Shown piece by piece: positions 28,852 through 39,045 of a stretch of DNA of 64,000 nt. This stretch comes from an uncultured delta proteobacterium (GTDB lineage Bacteria > Myxococcota_A > Polyangia > Polyangiales > Polyangiaceae), in the NCBI GenBank assembly GCA_963841435.1, contig CAWJCS010000002.1, forward strand, positions 32,001 to 96,000, read 5' to 3'. Below the pieces are notes generated by a model that did not search any database, was not told the DNA's origin, and saw only the letters and a list, made by a program, of their open reading frames with translations. The translations under genes and the position numbers were made by a program. The first letter of the stretch is position 1. Every line of letters starts with the position of its first letter.

Positions 28852-31017
28852 TCATTTGACGACCATCACGGCCACCTGGCCCGTCGTGCGGGTAACCGTG
28901 AGCGCGACGTCCTCCGGGTAGCGGTGAAGGTGTAGATCCACCCGGGCCGAGCCGACGCGCAGGTTCTGGATCGAAAGATCCTCGACGAAGGGGGGCAGCA
29001 CGGGGTGACGAAAGACGACGCGCGTATTGGCGGCGTCGATCGCGAGGCCGAGCACGCCGCGCAGCAGGCTGAAGACCGCCGCGGACGCCCACGCCTGCGG
29101 CGAACAAGCGACGGGATATTGCGTCGGTGCCTGCCCGTGCTGGCGCGTGAACCCGCAGAACAGCTCAGGCAAGCGGTGGAGCTCCATGAAGAGCGACGCA
29201 TCGAAGAGCGCCGCAAAGAGCTTCGCGGCTTCGGTCTTCCTCCCGTACGCGCCGAAGGCCTCCGCGACGATGGCGTTGTCGTGCGGCCAGATCGAGCCGT
29301 TGTGATACGACATCGGATTGTAGCGTTGCTCGTCGGACGCCAGCGTTCGGACGCCCCAGCCCGAAAACATCTGCTCGGAAAGGAGCCCCTTGACGAGAGG
29401 CGTCACCCGCTCGGGGAGCACGATGCCTGCATACAAGGCATGGCCTGCGTTCGAGGTCTTGATGCGGCAGGGCTGCTTGTTGCCGTCCAGAGCGAGCGCG
29501 TAGGTGGAGAGGTCGTCACACCAGAACGCTTCGTCGAAACGCGCTTGCAGCGCCAGGGCTCTACGCTGCCAGGTCTCGGCGAGAGCATCGTGCCCGAGCA
29601 GGCGAGCGAGCCTCGCCATCCCGCTGTAGGCGGCAAATGCGTAACCCTGCGCCTCGCACAGGGCGATGGGTCCCACGGCGATCGTGCCGTCGGCGTGGGA
29701 TACCGAATCGTCCGAATCCTTCCAACCCTGTTGAACGAGCCCGTCCGCGGAATGGCGGCCGTATTCGATGAAGCCATCCCCATCCGCGTCGCCGTAGCGT
29801 TCCATCCACTCCACGGCGGCGAGAATCTCGGGCCACAGCTCTTCGACGAGTGCTCGATCGCCGGTCGCTCGGTGGTAGCGGTCGGCGAGCATCAAATAGA
29901 GCGGCGTCGAGTCCACGCTGCCGTAGTACCGGCCAAAGGGGATTTCGCCAAGAGCTGCCATCTCACCGTCGCGGAGCTCGTGCAGGATCTTGCCGGGCTC
30001 GGCGTCGACGGTGGCGTCGAGCTCCTTGGCCTGGTGTGCCGACAGGAAGCGCAGCACGCCGGCCGCGAGGTCCGGCTCGAACCAGAGCGCTTCGAGCGCC
30101 GTCCAGATCCCATCGCGGCCGAACGGGGTGCTGAACCACGGCACGCCGGCGTACGGATAGGCTCCGTGGGGCGTCTTGGTCGTCAGCAGGCGTAGGTCGG
30201 CTCGGGAGCGCTCCAACCACGCGTTGAGCTGCTCGTTCGAGCTGACGATTCGGCACTCGCGCTCTTCGCGCTCGCGCTCGCGCGTCGACGCCTGCGAAAA
30301 CGCGCTTTCATACGGAGTGGCCACGGGCAACGGTCCGGGACCCTGATGACAGGCGATCCGTAGATAGATGATGCGCGTCTGCCGGCTCTCCAGGCGGATC
30401 CGGAAGTGCGCGGAGAGGGCGTCGAGTCGCTCGGGTGCCGGCGTGAACTCGAAGCGGGTCTTGCGCTCGAGCTGATCGAGCCCGCGGTAGGTGAGCAAAA
30501 CTGACCCGGCGCCCACCTCGGGATCCAACGACTCCCCGCGGCGCTCTCGCCGCGTGCCGCGTACTTCGAAGATGTCGACGAAATCCGCCGCAAAATCGAA
30601 GTCGAGCTCCATCTCGACGGCCTGCGCGCCGTAGTTCGACAGCAGCACGCGCTCGAAGTAGGAGCCCTCGCGCAGGAATCGGGTGCGGGCGAGGTGAAGG
30701 GTGCCGTTCGGGACGCGTAGCCGATCGCCCTCGAACAGATCAGGATTCGTGAGATCGACCGCGAGCACGAGGCCGCCGTCGGGCATGCTCGAGCTCAGAA
30801 GCATCGGATGTCGCTTGCCCATCCTGAGCTCGAGGCGGGAGAGATGTCTGGTGCCGCGGTGATAGAGTCCCTCCTCGCCACGGGGCGACCCGCGCACGTC
30901 GCCCGTGCGGCTCACGACCATGAACGTATCGCCGGCCTTGAGGACGCGCCGCCCGTCGGCCAGACGCGAGGCGGACGCCAAGACGTGATAGCGGGCGTCG
31001 TCCGCGTGATCGTTCAT
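28852..31017 (-). CDS. Amylo-alpha-1,6-glucosidase / glycogen-debranching family protein
   Basis: AGVPWFSTPFGRD, EPGKILHE, YYGSVDST, QGWKDS, YHNGSIWPHDN, LPELFCG. Confidence 0.93.
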   Translation of the reverse strand: MNDHADDARYHVLASASRLADGRRVLKAGDTFMVVSRTGDVRGSPRGEEGLYHRGTRHLSRLELRMGKRHPMLLSSSMPDGGLVLAVDLTNPDLFEGDRLRVPNGTLHLARTRFLREGSYFERVLLSNYGAQAVEMELDFDFAADFVDIFEVRGTRRERRGESLDPEVGAGSVLLTYRGLDQLERKTRFEFTPAPERLDALSAHFRIRLESRQTRIIYLRIACHQGPGPLPVATPYESAFSQASTREREREERECRIVSSNEQLNAWLERSRADLRLLTTKTPHGAYPYAGVPWFSTPFGRDGIWTALEALWFEPDLAAGVLRFLSAHQAKELDATVDAEPGKILHELRDGEMAALGEIPFGRYYGSVDSTPLYLMLADRYHRATGDRALVEELWPEILAAVEWMERYGDADGDGFIEYGRHSADGLVQQGWKDSDDSVSHADGTIAVGPIALCEAQGYAFAAYSGMARLARLLGHDALAETWQRRALALQARFDEAFWCDDLSTYALALDGNKQPCRIKTSNAGHALYAGIVLPERVTPLVKGLLSEQMFSGWGVRTLASDEQRYNPMSYHNGSIWPHDNAIVAEAFGAYGRKTEAAKLFAALFDASLFMELHRLPELFCGFTRQHGQAPTQYPVACSPQAWASAAVFSLLRGVLGLAIDAANTRVVFRHPVLPPFVEDLSIQNLRVGSARVDLHLHRYPEDVALTVTRTTGQVAVMVVK

Positions 31018-31018
31018 C

Positions 31019-32071
31019 CTAGGCGGCCCGCCCCAGCGTGTCGGGGCGGGGTTCAGCGACCCGGCGATAGAGCTCGAGATAGTCGTTTGCCATGCGCCGC
31101 GCCGTGAACCGGCACTCGAAAGCCCGGCGCACGCCCGCTCGCGGGAGCTCGTGCGCTCGCCGGGCGGCCTCGATCGCGGAAGGCAGGTCGTCCACGACGA
31201 AGCCCGAGACGCCGTGCTCGATCACCTCGGGCACCGAGCCGTGGCGAAATGCAATGACCGGAGTGCCGCGGGCCATGGCTTCGATCATGACGATGCCGAA
31301 CGGCTCCGGCCAGTCGATGGGGAAGAGCAGCGCGCGGGCACCTCCGACGAGCTCCGATTTGCGCGTGTCGTCCACCTCCCCGACGTACTCGACCAGCGGG
31401 TGGTGCATGCGATGCGCAATCTCGCGCTCGTAGTACTCGCGGTCCGCCTTGTCGATCTTGGCTGCGATTTTGAGCGGCGTCCCGAGCGCCGTGGCGATCT
31501 CGATCGCGCGGTCAACGCGCTTTTCGGGGGAGATCCGCCCTACGAACACGAAGTAGTCGCCGCCGCCGCTCGAGTAGTCGAACAGATCTTGCGGCAAGCC
31601 ATGATGCACGGTGCCAAGCCAGCGCGCCTGCTGCAGTGGTGTGCGTTGCGCATCCGAAATCGAAACCACCGGCATGTCGGCGAAGCAGTCGTACACGGAC
31701 TGGAGATCGGGAAGATCCAGGCGCCCGTGCAAGGTCGTGAGCTGGGGCAGCCTCATCAACCGCGACACCAGGAAGTGGAAGTAGTCGATGTGAAAGTGCA
31801 CAACGTCGAATTTTTGGCAGTCGTGGAGGAGACGCTCGAGCATCACCATGTGGTGCGCTATGGGGTCGATGCACCCGGGATCGAGCCGGAGCGAGCGCGG
31901 GCATATAGGAACGAGCCGCGCCGAGGTCTGGGCATCACCCGTCGCGTACAGCGTCACGTCGTGGCCCATGGCGACGAGCTCTTCCGTCAGGTAGTGGACG
32001 ATCCGTTCGGTGCCCCCGTAGGCGGCGGGAGGCACACTCTCGTAAAGCGGGGCCACTTGGGCGATGTGCAT
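31019..32071 (-). CDS. Glycosyltransferase family 4
   Basis: MHIAQVAP..ESVPP..YGGTER, GRISPEK, WPEPFGIVMIEAMA. Confidence 0.93.
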   Translation of the reverse strand: MHIAQVAPLYESVPPAAYGGTERIVHYLTEELVAMGHDVTLYATGDAQTSARLVPICPRSLRLDPGCIDPIAHHMVMLERLLHDCQKFDVVHFHIDYFHFLVSRLMRLPQLTTLHGRLDLPDLQSVYDCFADMPVVSISDAQRTPLQQARWLGTVHHGLPQDLFDYSSGGGDYFVFVGRISPEKRVDRAIEIATALGTPLKIAAKIDKADREYYEREIAHRMHHPLVEYVGEVDDTRKSELVGGARALLFPIDWPEPFGIVMIEAMARGTPVIAFRHGSVPEVIEHGVSGFVVDDLPSAIEAARRAHELPRAGVRRAFECRFTARRMANDYLELYRRVAEPRPDTLGRAA

Positions 32072-32265
32072 ACTCAGCTCCTCTGCGAGACCCGAAAGGC
32101 GACCCTGCGGGGTCTTGACGGACCCAAAGCAAGAAAAGGGCCTACCGCGTGCCCTGGGCCGAGCCCCGCGCCCCAGGCGCATCGGAAGCCAGCGGTGCAC
32201 TCGTGCGGCGCGCCTGGCCGTGGCAAAATTGTATCCCGTCCGCGAGCAGCGGGGGCACCGGGCTT

Positions 32266-33990
32266 TCACGTGCCTTCGCCCGGCAGCGTGTAGCGACGCT
32301 CGATGGCGCTGGCCACGAGCGCACGGCTCTCCCGAGGTGGGAGATCGGAGCGTGCTTCGATGCGGGAAACTTCGCTCGCGAGATCTGCGTCCTTCACCGC
32401 TTCCCGCAACCACGTCGAGTAGTCGTTACGCGCCGCGTGATACGTCCAGGTCGCGTCGTCGATACCGGCGCCGAGCTCCAAAAAGACGATCAGATTCTTC
32501 GCTCGTAAGTTGAGCGCCCGCTCGGGTCCTGTAAAGTAGAACGAGCGCTCGGGGCCGAGATCGCCGGTCGCGTATTTCCGCTTGTGGCGTCGCCGCGCCG
32601 CCCGGGGGACGCCTGCTCGAAAGATGCGAAGCTCGAGCGGCCGCTTTCGCGACCACCAGAGGCCGGTCGCGTCGCTCGTCAGGGGGGCCGTCGCGGCCGG
32701 CCGGGTTCCGAGCTCGACCGCGGCCGCGAACCGTTCGAACATCGTCTCGGGCTCCGGTCCCACGACGGCAACGTCGTCAATCATCGACAGCAGCTCGGGC
32801 GCCAGTGTATCCGCTTCGACGGTCACGAACACGAGGCTACCGGCGACCGCCCTGAAAGACGGCCAGGCAAGCGCGCTCTCGCGTTCGAACACGTGATGCG
32901 CCTCGTCGAAAATGAGGAAATGGGGTCGCCCGGCGCGCGCCCCGTGCTCGCGCAAGCGCTCGAGCAAGGACCGCGCGAACGCGGCGCGTTCGCCGCGGGG
33001 CACCGCCATCAGGTTGACGACGACGCTCATGGTGGGCGACGACAGCGCGGCGACAACGTCGTCAAGGCCCGGTCGGCGGCTCGTGTCGCCGACGACGATC
33101 GTATCGGCGAGCTCGCTGAAGTCGCCCTCCGGATCGAGCGCGCAGAATTGGTAGCGGCGCTGGCGAAGCTCTTCGATCAGGGCTGCGATCAACGTCGATT
33201 TACCGCCGCCCGAGCGACCGCAGACCAAGAGGCTCGCTCCCGTGCCAGCGAGCGCGGCCGGCGTGCCGTCCTCCGTCTCCCCGAACGGCACGTCGTGGCG
33301 TCGGATCGCAGGCATGAGATCGGAGAGATCGGTTGCGAGCACGCGTTCTACGAGCTCCGCGACCCCGGCACCGCGCGGCTCGGCGGTGACCCAATCGGCG
33401 CGCTCTTTCAGCATCGCCACGGCGTTTTCGACGGCGACCCCGACGGCACTGTCCATGAGGAGCGCGTGGTCGTTTTCCGCGTCACCCACGGCGACGGTGT
33501 TGTGCGACGAAAGTTGAAGCTCGGCGAGCGCCGCCCGAACGCCCGTCGCCTTGTTGACGCCTGACGGTAAGATCATCACCGCCCCCTTGTTGAAGATCAC
33601 CTGGAGCTCGAGCTCGAGCTCGCGGATCGCGCGCAGGGCTTCGTCCTCGTGCGGCTCCCAGGTTGCGACGATCACCTTGCCCACGCTGACGGCGGTCGCC
33701 CCGAGCGCCGAGAGGCGAGCTGCGACGGCCGGAGGCGGCGGCTCGGCCAGCGTGCGGAGCTCGCCGCTGCTGGGATTGAGGAGCACTGCGCCATTTTCCG
33801 CGACGACGCGATCGAACAGCGCGAGATCCTCGAACACGCTCTCCAGGTCGGTGAGGATCCTCCCCGTCGCGAGCACGAGGCGTCGCCCCCCGTCGCGAAG
33901 CCGCTGCAGGGCAGCGAGCGTGCTCGCGTCGACGCGCCCGTTTTCGGCCAGCGTGCCGTCATAGTCGGTGACAAGGACCTGGATGCGCAT
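32266..33990 (-). CDS. HAD-IIB phosphatase fused to a P-loop NTPase
   Basis: DYDGT, NKATG, GDAEND; Walker A GRSGGGKST; Walker B FLIFDEAH. Confidence 0.88.
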   Translation of the reverse strand: MRIQVLVTDYDGTLAENGRVDASTLAALQRLRDGGRRLVLATGRILTDLESVFEDLALFDRVVAENGAVLLNPSSGELRTLAEPPPPAVAARLSALGATAVSVGKVIVATWEPHEDEALRAIRELELELQVIFNKGAVMILPSGVNKATGVRAALAELQLSSHNTVAVGDAENDHALLMDSAVGVAVENAVAMLKERADWVTAEPRGAGVAELVERVLATDLSDLMPAIRRHDVPFGETEDGTPAALAGTGASLLVCGRSGGGKSTLIAALIEELRQRRYQFCALDPEGDFSELADTIVVGDTSRRPGLDDVVAALSSPTMSVVVNLMAVPRGERAAFARSLLERLREHGARAGRPHFLIFDEAHHVFERESALAWPSFRAVAGSLVFVTVEADTLAPELLSMIDDVAVVGPEPETMFERFAAAVELGTRPAATAPLTSDATGLWWSRKRPLELRIFRAGVPRAARRRHKRKYATGDLGPERSFYFTGPERALNLRAKNLIVFLELGAGIDDATWTYHAARNDYSTWLREAVKDADLASEVSRIEARSDLPPRESRALVASAIERRYTLPGEGT

Positions 33991-34027
33991 CGAGCGTCGG
34001 GTGACGTGCGGGCGAACGTGCCGCCCG

Positions 34028-34068
34028 AGCAACCGGCATGCCCGCGGCCATGCTCGATGTGTGCCAGA
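34028..34068 (-). promoter_or_regulatory. Candidate sigma54 promoter(s) for the HAD-GT4-GDE cluster
   Basis: GGGCATGCCGGTTGCT and TGGCACACATCGAGCA (GG-N10-GC) on the minus strand. Confidence 0.35.
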
Positions 34069-34334
34069 CGCTCCCGACGCGCGCCGTCCGGACGGCGCAG
34101 CACGCTTGCCAGCAGAGGCGTGCCGCACCGAGGCATTGTGCCCCGGAGCAGACCGGGAAGGACGGCGAACCCTGTCGCGCCGTCGCGGAGCGCCTCGTCG
34201 AGGCCGTTTTGCTCGCGGCGCGCGTGCCTGCGCCCCTCGAGCCCGCGTCTCGCGCGGCGTCTCCTGGGGCAACGCGGGCGCTCAGATTTTTGCGCTCTCG
34301 AGCCCGCCGGGAGCATCACCGATCGCATTGACCG

Positions 34335-34560
34335 CATGCACACCTGCGAACGCTTCCTGGGCTCCGTGCGCCGAGAATGCCTGGACCACTTGATTGCCTC
34401 GAGCGAACGACATCTTCTTGCCGTGCTCACGGAGTACGCCTGTTACTTCAACGACACCCGACCCCATCAGGGTCTGGGTCAACGCATCCCGGTTGGAGCA
34501 TCCGCGCCGACCGATATCGGCCAGGTCGTCTCATTTCCGGTGCTCGGCGGCCTTCATCAC
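34335..34560 (+). mobile_element. rve/integrase-core transposase C-terminal remnant
   Basis: CERFLGSVRRECLDH, YFNDTRPHQGLGQ, PVLGGLHH. Confidence 0.8.
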
Positions 34561-35153
34561 CCGTCAGCCACGGTGTAGAATTTCAACGCTGGGGCGTGCA
34601 TCCGCGTGACGCTCTGCCGCGGAAACCGGAGCGCCGCGAGATTCCGTAAAAATCGAGACCGATGACCGATCGCGCGAATTGTCTGCGACGCACCAGCGGA
34701 GCGAGCGCGGCCGGTGCGGGCGCTGGTGGCGCGGGCGCTGGTGGCGCGGGTGCTGGCGGCGCGGGTGCTGGTGGCGCGGGTGCAGGCGGCGCGGGTGCAG
34801 GCGGCGCGGGTGGCGCCGGCGGAGGTGGCGGTGACATGTGCGCCCAATCCGCCTTCGGCATCACGCAAACCAGCAACGAGATGCACGATCACGTGCCGTT
34901 GCCTATGAACGGCATGGCATTCGTCATGCAGATCAACGGCGCCATGGCCACGATGCCCTTCACGCTGCCGGATGACCAAATGCACACGCACACGATCACG
35001 CTGACCCAAGTGCAGGTGGACACGCTGCGAAGCGGGGGTACCGCGACAGGCGTCGTGAGCAGCAACGAAAGCATGCACACGCACACGTACACGATCGAGT
35101 GCATGGCCTGATCGGCCCATTTTCTTCCGATGAGCACCCTCGCCGACGGGGTT
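34561..35153 (+). repeat. Duplicated cassette, second copy (282-bp in-frame deletion, shorter linker; ORF 34662-35111)
   Basis: Colinear with 17608-18627, with scattered substitutions. Confidence 0.9.
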
Positions 35154-35275
35154 CGACGTGGCGCTCGGCATCCCCGCGACGCGCGACTGGGACGACGCCC
35201 TCACGAAGGCGCGCGCCGCGCTCAACTGGGAAAAGCACTTCGAGCTCGCCTTCGACGGCGACACCGCGCGCCGCA
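35154..35275 (+). pseudogene. thiC: ThiC near-C-terminal fragment
   Basis: DVALGIPATRDWDDALTKARAALNWEKHFELAFDGDTAR. Confidence 0.7.
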
Positions 35276-35477
35276 TCCAAGCCGAGAAGCTCGTGCAGAT
35301 CCGCGTGCCGGAGCGCGCGGCGACGGACGCCGCGCCGGGGGAGTAGCGGACTCTGCTCTCCTTTCCCTTCGGATTGACTCGCTACCGGCTTGGGGCCAGG
35401 CCGTGAGCAGGTAGGCGACAACCTGCGCCGCCCGTCACGCCGAGTCGCGGGGGCGGTTGCTCGTCGAGGGGGGGCGG

Positions 35478-35957
35478 TCAGAGCTCGGCGGTGATGGAGG
35501 AGCCGCGGACGAGGGCGAGGCACCTGCTGTGGCCGAGCTCGCGTTCCATGTTCGAGAGCTCGCGCAGCAGGCGTTGCGCCCCGTGCGAGAGGCCGAGGTA
35601 CTCGAGCGCGGCGGCGAAACCGTTCGGAGCGAACGACTTGAGGTTTGGATTGAACCAGCTCACGGCCGTGACCATCCCCCGCGCGAGCATGCCGCCGCTC
35701 AACACCACGGAAGTCTTGGTCGAATACCCCTGCTCTTTGAACAGCGCCTGGAGCTTGCCGCGCATCACGGCATCCGGTCCGCCGCCGTCCGAGACCACGA
35801 GGACGCGGAGCTTCGCGAGGGTGCCCGCAGTAGCCATGCTCGCCAGGGTGGCCATGCACGCGTCCCACTCCTCGCGCGTTGGAGCGCGGGAACCGTGCAA
35901 GAACAGCATGGTCTCTCCGTCCGCCGCTCCCACGACCTTGATGACCATGTTCTTCAT
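35478..35957 (-). CDS. Myxobacterial STAS/SEC14-like small protein
   Basis: PTREEW, LVVSDGGGPDAVMR, ARGMVTAVSWFNP, AALEYL. Confidence 0.7.
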   Translation of the reverse strand: MKNMVIKVVGAADGETMLFLHGSRAPTREEWDACMATLASMATAGTLAKLRVLVVSDGGGPDAVMRGKLQALFKEQGYSTKTSVVLSGGMLARGMVTAVSWFNPNLKSFAPNGFAAALEYLGLSHGAQRLLRELSNMERELGHSRCLALVRGSSITAEL

Positions 35958-36550
35958 AGACGCCGACCCTACGCGCGACCCCGGTTGCCGCGCCCGCCCG
36001 CACACCCTAGCAGCTCCGGCAACCCGGGCAGGGGGCAAGCACGCCGCTCCGGGCGCAGTGGTGGTCTGAGCGGTACCCCGTGCGGGACATTGCCGACCTT
36101 TTCCACCCCATTTTCGTAGGCACCGCGTCCCGCCGTTCGCGTCACGCCGGTCCGGAACGCGGGCTGGCCAAGGGCCCGCAGCTCGAGCAAGAAAAACCGC
36201 GGATAGGGCGCGTACCCCAGCGCGAAGTTTACGTTGGCGCAGCCCGTGCCCCAAAGCCAGCGGGCGAGGCAGCCGCCGAAGGGGGGGATGTTGACGCCGA
36301 CGCGCCGGCGTCACCCAGAAAGTAGGGAGCTCGGTCGCGATTTCGGCACCGGGTATGTCGCGCCTGAGCGCCTCACCCCGCAAGCGGTCTTCGTCCTGCT
36401 CTGCTTGCCGTCGCTGCCGTTCCGTCTCCGCACGTAGCCCCTTGCCGAGGCGTGCGCAGCGAGCAGCGCAAGGCACAGGCAAAGCGCTCGGCCGACGCTC
36501 GAGCCGGTCTCCACGGGTCGTGCGCCTACTTGCCTAGCTCCGTGACGGCG

Positions 36551-37400
36551 TCACCGAGGTGCGACCTCGAGCATGCAGTACGTCATGCAGTACCAGCCGC
36601 CGCCGCAGTCGATCGGAACGAGCTTGCGATCGAATGTAGTGCTTGCCGTCGATGTACTCGCTGCACGCCTCCCCCGCCCGTTCGATGGCTCCGTAAAGCG
36701 AGCCCGGGAGATCGCCGTAGTACGACATCGCGTGGTAGTAGCCGGGCAACATGAACGGGTTCGAGCCGGGTGCTTGGAACGTGTAGTGCGTGAGCCACCA
36801 CACCGGGTCGACCTCGACGAGTGACCGGCGCGCGTCCCCGCCCACCACGAACTGTGGACCGAAGCCTGCGGCGCAAGCAGCCGCGTGCTGCACGGCGCAC
36901 TCGCCGTTGCCCTGGCACCGCGGCGAAGAAACCTCGTAGCGATAACCTTCCTTGCCGACCCGCAGCGGGCTCATCGATCGCGCGACGCTCTCCATCGTCG
37001 GGGCGTCGATCACGTTCGCCAGGGTCCACGTCGGACAGGGCTCGTCCCGCCGGAACGGGAACCGCGAAACGAACCGATTCCACCGAGCGACGAAGTGCGC
37101 CGCCAGGCGCTGCTCACGCCCTCGCACGGAGGTTTGGAGCAGAAGCAGCGCGTCGATGTCGTCGAGGGCCTGACCATCCCTCGAGCGGCAGCCGTCGAAC
37201 GTCCGCGCGAGTACCCCGGAGCTCGTCTCGTAGCTCGACGGTCCGACGGTGCCGAGGCACTCGAGCGTCAACGACCCGAGCGCCGCGAGCAGCGCGTCAC
37301 GCGGGTCAACGTGGTGGCGCCGACGACCATGGCCGTCGCCGTTGGCTGCCCCCGAGAGCAGCATCGAGCCGAGAAGCAACAGGATCGCGTTGCGACGCAT
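36551..37400 (-). CDS. Secreted Cys-containing hypothetical protein (frameshift ~36632)
   Basis: Signal MRRNAILLLLGSMLLSGAA; corrected end PIDCGGGWYCMTYC. Confidence 0.6.
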
Positions 37401-37680
37401 GGGGCGCCTCCTTGTTTTCGCGCCCGAGGGTATCAATTCGGAAACGATGAGTCCAGTGCTCCCTTGGGGCGCATCACGGCCTGCGAGGCGCTCGTGCTCC
37501 CGGCCGGCGCAACGGCATGATCGGTCAGCCCACTCTAAGGGCTCGATCTGATCGGGAAGGGCGCGCCCTGCCCTCGGGTGGCGGTCGAGCGAGGCGTGCC
37601 GTTCGGGCGCTCGGGTTTCGGCGTCGAGCGCACTGCGTCCCTGCCGCGCGTCCACGGCCGGAGGTCTTGCGATCGGTGCA

Positions 37681-38937
37681 CTACAGCGCGTCGAGCGCGG
37701 CGCGAAATTCGTTCAGAAGGTCCCGGCAGTCCTCGATGCCGATCGAGACGCGCACCAGCGCGTCGCCGATCCCCGCCGCTGCCAGCTCCTCGTCGGACAT
37801 TTCGGAATGGGTGGTGGTGGCAGGGTGGCAGGCGAGGGTCTCGACGCCGCCGAGGCTCACGGCGTTCTTCGCAATCGTGAGCCTGCGGAGAAAATCGTAC
37901 GCTGCGCGCTTGCCGCCTTTGAGCTCGAGCGAAAAAACGGCGCCGGGAAAATCGCACTGAGCGTCCCGGATCCTCACTTGCTCGGGATCGTCGAAGAGCG
38001 TGGGGTAGCGAAGGGTCTCGATGCGCGGATGCCCGACCAGGCCCTCCACCACGCGTTGGGCGTTCTTGCTCTGACGGGTCATGCGAAGCTCGACCGTCGG
38101 AAGCCGGCTGTTCAGGATCCAGCATTCGTCCGGTTGGAGGATGTTCCCGACGATGGCTCGGATGCCCCGCAAGCTGGCAACGAGCTCCGCGTCGGGGCTC
38201 AGCACGACGCCTGCCAGGATGTCGCTGTGACCCCCGAGATACTTGGTCGCCGAGTACACGGTGGCGTCCGCGCCGAGCAACAACGGGTGCTGGAACATCG
38301 GGCCGAGGAAGGTATTGTCCACCACGACGAGCGGCGTCGTCCGTTTCGGGACAGCGCGCGCCGCGGCGACCGCCGCGCGGATGTCGCACATCACCAGCGT
38401 GGGGTTCGCGGGGGTTTCGATGAAGACCAGCCTGAGATTCGGTGTGCTGCCGATCGCGCTCGCGAGCTCGCCGGTCGCGCCGGCGGGGACCGGAACTCCG
38501 TTGAGCCCGAGAGGCTCGAGCAGCTGGTGGATCAGGTGCTGCGTTCCGCCGTACACTGGCGTCGTGTAGACGAAGCTCGACCCGGGCGGGCACGCGCTCA
38601 AGAAGATGGTGGAGATCGCGGCCATCCCGGAGTTGAACACAGCGGCTTCTTCAGCGCCGCGCTCGAGCGGCACGATCTGGTCTTCCAGGATCTCCGCGTT
38701 CGGGTGAGAGAGTCGTGAGTAGATGAGGTCGATGCTCTCGCCCTCCGAGGGGCGCGACTTGCCGAGAGCGATCGCGAAGGCACGTTCGGCCGCCTCCGGT
38801 GTCGAGAACACGTACGTGGAGGATCGGAACACCGCGGGGCGCGCCGACCCGACCGATAGGCGCGGGTCGAAGCCGCGCGTCAGCACCGCGGTCGGCGCCC
38901 GAACGACATACGGGGTCTTCTTGCGGACAGGGGCCAT
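37681..38937 (-). CDS. PLP-dependent trans-sulfuration enzyme (cystathionine gamma-synthase/Met gamma-lyase family)
   Basis: YSRL, SGMAAI, ETPANP, DNTF, SATKYLGGHSD, AVSLGGVE. Confidence 0.93.
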   Translation of the reverse strand: MAPVRKKTPYVVRAPTAVLTRGFDPRLSVGSARPAVFRSSTYVFSTPEAAERAFAIALGKSRPSEGESIDLIYSRLSHPNAEILEDQIVPLERGAEEAAVFNSGMAAISTIFLSACPPGSSFVYTTPVYGGTQHLIHQLLEPLGLNGVPVPAGATGELASAIGSTPNLRLVFIETPANPTLVMCDIRAAVAAARAVPKRTTPLVVVDNTFLGPMFQHPLLLGADATVYSATKYLGGHSDILAGVVLSPDAELVASLRGIRAIVGNILQPDECWILNSRLPTVELRMTRQSKNAQRVVEGLVGHPRIETLRYPTLFDDPEQVRIRDAQCDFPGAVFSLELKGGKRAAYDFLRRLTIAKNAVSLGGVETLACHPATTTHSEMSDEELAAAGIGDALVRVSIGIEDCRDLLNEFRAALDAL

Positions 38938-39045
38938 CCGCTCAGGCTAGTCCGAGTCAGGTGTCGGCGCAGCGTGGTGACATGCCACTCGATTCGGCCC
39001 GAGCCCTACGCCGCCGATGGCGTCGGACGGTGACGGCGGCCGGGA

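Noticed and set aside
32266-33990. HerA-type defence system
   Set aside because: The P-loop is fused to a HAD domain in a sugar-metabolism context, with no nuclease partner.
38938-39045. SAM riboswitch upstream of the trans-sulfuration gene
   Set aside because: No recognisable SAM-I/II elements; the gene looks leaderless.
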